NCBI GenBank assembly: GCA_048882505.1
Contig: JBHLRO010000034.1
Span: 1-9,350, forward strand
Length of the DNA stretch: 9,350 bases
From: Candidatus Thorarchaeota archaeon
GTDB lineage: Archaea; Asgardarchaeota; Heimdallarchaeia; Hodarchaeales; Hodarchaeaceae
Reading direction: 5' to 3'
Part shown: piece by piece, positions 6,183 to 9,350 of the stretch
How the letters are laid out: each line of letters opens with the position of its first letter
Numbering within the stretch: position 1 is the stretch's first letter
Position numbers and translations under genes: made by a program
The notes under the pieces: model-generated
Databases searched by the model: none
The model's input: only the letters and a program-made list of their open reading frames with translations
What the model was told of the DNA's origin: nothing

Positions 6183-7502
6183 ATGAAACAACCTTCTCTA
6201 ACTACACAAGATCAAACAATGGCTCTCAATGTGCAAACAGGAGTGCTTCGGTTAATCCCTGTCTCAATGATTCATGTCGCAGTGAGTTTAGGGACTATTG
6301 GGATCAGCACCTTTATTCCAGCACAACTTGCAATTATCGGATGGGAACCGACCATAATTGCATTGTTACTAGGAATAGCAACTCTATTTGAAGTTTTTCG
6401 CCTGTTGATAGGATTTTTAGGAGACAGGTATGCTTTATTTGGATCTCATCACCGCAATTATATAATTGTTGGTTTAATGGCTCAAACTTCGGGATTAGTG
6501 TTTGTTTCTCAGACTTTGGGATCTTTAGCAATCCTTTTTGGTATGATTCTTTTTACGGTGGGATCAGCTACCGTTGCAACTATGACGGATGCTTATCTCA
6601 TCGATATATCTACCTCAGTGGAACGTGGTAAAGTCGCTGCGAATATCCAATTTTTCCGGTTGCTGGGTTTTGCAGCTGGGGGAATTTTAGGCGCCGTTCT
6701 TTATGGTCGGTTGAGATTTGAGGGATTTTTTGTATTGCTCGCTGGAATTAGCCTTTTATTTGGAATTATTTCTGTTCTAGCTCTTAGAGAACGCAGCTCA
6801 GAGATAGTAGCGGATACGAAAAAGCAGTTAAACATTGGACGATCAATTCAACTGATAAAGGAACAATTATCAAAATCCGAAGTGGTCGCAATGAGTTTTT
6901 TTCTTGTTCTCTTCTTGATAGGCTTGTTTGCTCAGGATGCGGTGTTGGAGCCATATGCAGTTTCAGCTTTTCATTTCACAGAGGATAATATTGGAGGATT
7001 AGCGGCAGTTTGGGGAGTTACAACCTTGATCTTCATCCCATTGGCTTTTTTTATTGAAAAGAAGATCGGAAGACTGCTACTCTCGGCAATTGGAACAGTT
7101 ATCGGCGGTTTGGGATTACTAATGATAGCTTTCCTTGGAGCACCATCGGTTAATAGTATTCTAGGTCTACCTCAGATACAGCAGTTATTTCTCCTAAGTG
7201 TTGCAATATTTGGGGTGGGTTTGGGGTTACTTACAACTCCTTCCACAGCAATGATGCTCGATATATGTGCGAAACATCCTAAGACCCGAACTCTCTTATT
7301 AGCATTGTTTGGATTGATAACAACTGTAGGTCGGTCGAGTGCTAGTTTTTTCTCGGCATTAGTTATGTTAGGGAATTCATTTCAGTTATTATTCGTACTC
7401 GAGGCAATTGTTCTGGCTTGTTCATTCTTCCCCTTGATTTGGGTTTATCGCTACCTTTCGAGCGAAGCAATTGAGGGGAAAGGGCTTGAAATGGCTGCTT
7501 GA
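6183..7502 (+). CDS. MFS transporter resembling the PucC/BCD family, 439 aa
   Basis: About 12 hydrophobic segments; GFLGDR...RNYII loop after TM2; TDAYLIDI...ERGK; QDAVLEPY matches the BCD-family QDxxLEPY/F signature as recalled. MFS assignment is secure, subfamily less so. Confidence 0.88.
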   Translation: MKQPSLTTQDQTMALNVQTGVLRLIPVSMIHVAVSLGTIGISTFIPAQLAIIGWEPTIIALLLGIATLFEVFRLLIGFLGDRYALFGSHHRNYIIVGLMAQTSGLVFVSQTLGSLAILFGMILFTVGSATVATMTDAYLIDISTSVERGKVAANIQFFRLLGFAAGGILGAVLYGRLRFEGFFVLLAGISLLFGIISVLALRERSSEIVADTKKQLNIGRSIQLIKEQLSKSEVVAMSFFLVLFLIGLFAQDAVLEPYAVSAFHFTEDNIGGLAAVWGVTTLIFIPLAFFIEKKIGRLLLSAIGTVIGGLGLLMIAFLGAPSVNSILGLPQIQQLFLLSVAIFGVGLGLLTTPSTAMMLDICAKHPKTRTLLLALFGLITTVGRSSASFFSALVMLGNSFQLLFVLEAIVLACSFFPLIWVYRYLSSEAIEGKGLEMAA

Positions 7503-7505
7503 AAC

Positions 7506-7607
7506 TAGTCTGTCTTAAAGCAGTTGATGTTCAATGCAATGTCGCCAAAGGATACATTGACGACATTCGGAACTCATATTGTCAACGCAATCTTCTCAGA
7601 CAGATTA
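7506..7607. other. Long imperfect hairpin between convergent MFS and MOSC genes (terminator/stability element or small structured RNA)
   Basis: Nested inverted repeats: TAGTCTGTCT 7506-7515 / AGACAGATTA 7598-7607; GTTGA 7523-7527 / TCAAC 7582-7586; GTTC 7529-7532 / GAAC 7570-7573; AATGTCG 7538-7544 / CGACATT 7561-7567. Confidence 0.55.
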
Positions 7608-7623
7608 TGTAGAAATCAGTTTT

Positions 7624-8106
7624 TCAGAGCTTCATGATGGGATCGCCTTTCTTAATGATGCCTTCTCTCACAACTTTCCCATACCAACCTCGTCTTTTGA
7701 ACATAGTTCGGATAAACTCGGAACCTTTCTTTTCTGTGACATATGGTAAAACTGTCAGATTTCGACAGGGATCACAGGCTTTGGTAACTTCAATGATTGC
7801 TTCTCCTATCTGAAATTGATCTCCAGGTTGAAAAGTATTGTATTCTATTCCTTCAGTAGTAAAATTTTCTCCCAAGTCTCCCGCTTTCACTGGCCAACCT
7901 TCCTGATTTAAGGTGTGAATCATTTCAATTGGCATTATTAATACCGCTTGACTAGGATCATTGTTTTTCCTTTCTGTTCTATAAACATTAAAATCTCCCT
8001 CCAGACCATTCTTGGTTAACCTAGCTGTCTCAACTGGATATTTAGGAAGGCCACGTTCTCTTGGTGTCTTGGTTTTGATATTAATCTGAGATATGGAACC
8101 TGCCAT
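7624..8106 (-). CDS. MOSC domain protein (YiiM-like), 160 aa
   Basis: RGLPKYPV...LT.NGLEGD, AGDLGENFTTEG, IEVTKACDPC (conserved Cys) and RRGWYGKVVREGIIKKGD. Confidence 0.92.
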   Translation of the reverse strand: MAGSISQINIKTKTPRERGLPKYPVETARLTKNGLEGDFNVYRTERKNNDPSQAVLIMPIEMIHTLNQEGWPVKAGDLGENFTTEGIEYNTFQPGDQFQIGEAIIEVTKACDPCRNLTVLPYVTEKKGSEFIRTMFKRRGWYGKVVREGIIKKGDPIMKL

Positions 8107-8286
8107 AGCAAAAATCTCTTCATAGTGGAAACATTGCGAAAGCTTTCCTCATTTCAATTAAAAACTTCGTGTTCCTATTTCGAGTCACTTTCAATTAGTG
8201 ATTCAAGGTTCAATACAGAGTTTTATTTGATTGGCAAGTCTTTGCAAGGGATATTCCAATTTATTCGGATACCATCAACTTAAGAA

Positions 8287-8294
8287 ATAAATAT
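8287..8294 (+). promoter_or_regulatory. TATA-like box (ATAAATAT) for the dehydrogenase
   Basis: 22 nt upstream of ATG 8317, favouring it over the in-frame ATG 8296. Confidence 0.35.
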
Positions 8295-8316
8295 TATGAT
8301 TTTTGCTAGTAATATT

Positions 8317-9350
8317 ATGGTAAAAACGGCTGTATTAACAAAGCAGGGAACAATTGAGCTACGAGAACAACCTAAACCAGAATTGGAACAGGGAGCCATA
8401 TTACTAAAAACGGCTTATTCAGAAGTCTGTGGAACTGATATTCATTTGCAAAAAGGTCATTTGAGTGGAGTTCCCTATCCAATCATCCCCGGACATGTCT
8501 CCACGGGTATCATTTCTGAAATGAAAGGGCGGATCACAGATGTTGATGGAGTTCCACTTAAGATAGGAGACCCAGTTACTTTTTCAGATGTCCATGAGAC
8601 GTGTAACTCGTGTTGGTACTGTCTAGTGGCGAAAGCTAGTACACTTTGTCCTAAAAGAAAGGTCTACGGAATTACGTACTCCGCCAATGAGGGATTGTTA
8701 GGGGGGTGGTCTCAATATATTTATCTTAAACCAGGTGTAAAAATTGTTAAGCTACCGAGTACATCCTTCATGAGGGCGTACATGGCAGCAGGTTGTGGTT
8801 TACCCACAGCAATTCATGCTATTCAGCGATCAGAAATAAGATTGGGAGACACGGTAGCGATTCAAGGATCTGGGCCAGTTGGTTTAATGACGGCGCTCTG
8901 TGCGAAACTAAGCGGTGCCTTTCATGTTATTTTGTTAGGAGGCCCACAACATAGACTGGATATCGCGAGAAAATTCGGGATCGAAACTCTCATCAACATT
9001 ATAGAGCGTGATCCCAAAACACGTGTTCAGGAAGTGATAGACATCACGCGAGGGAAAGGGGCTGATGTAACTATTGAGGCTACAGGTGTTCCTTCGGCAA
9101 TAAAAGAAGGTATGGAGATGACCCGTAATGGAGGGACATACACAATTGTTGGACAGTACACCAATGCGGGAGATATTGATATTAATCCCCACTTGCATAT
9201 AAATCGAAAGCATTTGACAATCCGAGGATCTTGGGGAAGTGATTTTGAACATCTTTATCATGCGGTAAGATTAGTGGAAAAATATCTTGATATATTACCT
9301 TTTGAGTCCATAATTACAAGAGAGTATTCTTTGGATGAAGCAGTTAATGC
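8317..9350 (+). CDS. Zinc-dependent medium-chain alcohol/polyol dehydrogenase (MDR), >=344 aa, truncated by window end
   Basis: Hand translation, no stop: MVKTAVL...VCGTDIH (C38), PIIPGHV (H60), structural Zn CNSCWYC...C, AGCGLPTAIHA, Rossmann QGSGPVG, GADVTIEATG. Not in the ORF track. Confidence 0.95.
   Translation, partial: MVKTAVLTKQGTIELREQPKPELEQGAILLKTAYSEVCGTDIHLQKGHLSGVPYPIIPGHVSTGIISEMKGRITDVDGVPLKIGDPVTFSDVHETCNSCWYCLVAKASTLCPKRKVYGITYSANEGLLGGWSQYIYLKPGVKIVKLPSTSFMRAYMAAGCGLPTAIHAIQRSEIRLGDTVAIQGSGPVGLMTALCAKLSGAFHVILLGGPQHRLDIARKFGIETLINIIERDPKTRVQEVIDITRGKGADVTIEATGVPSAIKEGMEMTRNGGTYTIVGQYTNAGDIDINPHLHINRKHLTIRGSWGSDFEHLYHAVRLVEKYLDILPFESIITREYSLDEAVN

Noticed and set aside
7506-7607. 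SECIS element in the MOSC 3'-UTR (minus strand has ATGA, an AA-initiated loop and a distal GA)
   Set aside because: ATGA-to-AA distance is 15 nt with a poorly paired helix, longer than canonical. The MOSC catalytic Cys is a normal Cys codon and its TGA falls at the natural family C-terminus.
6334-9261. Minus-strand ORFs 6334..6531 and 8935..9261
   Set aside because: Antisense to the MFS and dehydrogenase genes.

Overview
AT-rich prokaryotic window of accessory genes, with no rRNA, tRNA, CRISPR array or transposase detected. Family calls below are motif recognition by eye, not database results. It holds nine apparently intact genes plus one pseudogene. Two genes run off the window edges and are missing from the supplied ORF track: a >=430-aa probably secreted protein with a caspase/gingipain-like His-Cys dyad (1..1290, -) and a Zn-dependent MDR dehydrogenase (8317..>9350, +). 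In order: the secreted protein, a decayed yeast-type cytosine deaminase, a class I SAM methyltransferase, a DUF1801 protein, a lone ThsB-like TIR gene, a convergent satD (nucleotide-cyclase fold + HTH) / membrane-protein operon with a 28-bp-period repeat array upstream, a DODA/LigB-type extradiol dioxygenase, a PucC/BCD-like MFS transporter, a ~100-nt intergenic hairpin, a MOSC protein and the dehydrogenase. TATA-like boxes 21-29 nt upstream of six start codons suggest an archaeal host (Asgard-like is only a guess). The best candidate for an undescribed system is the TIR + SatD + membrane protein cluster (3302-5063).
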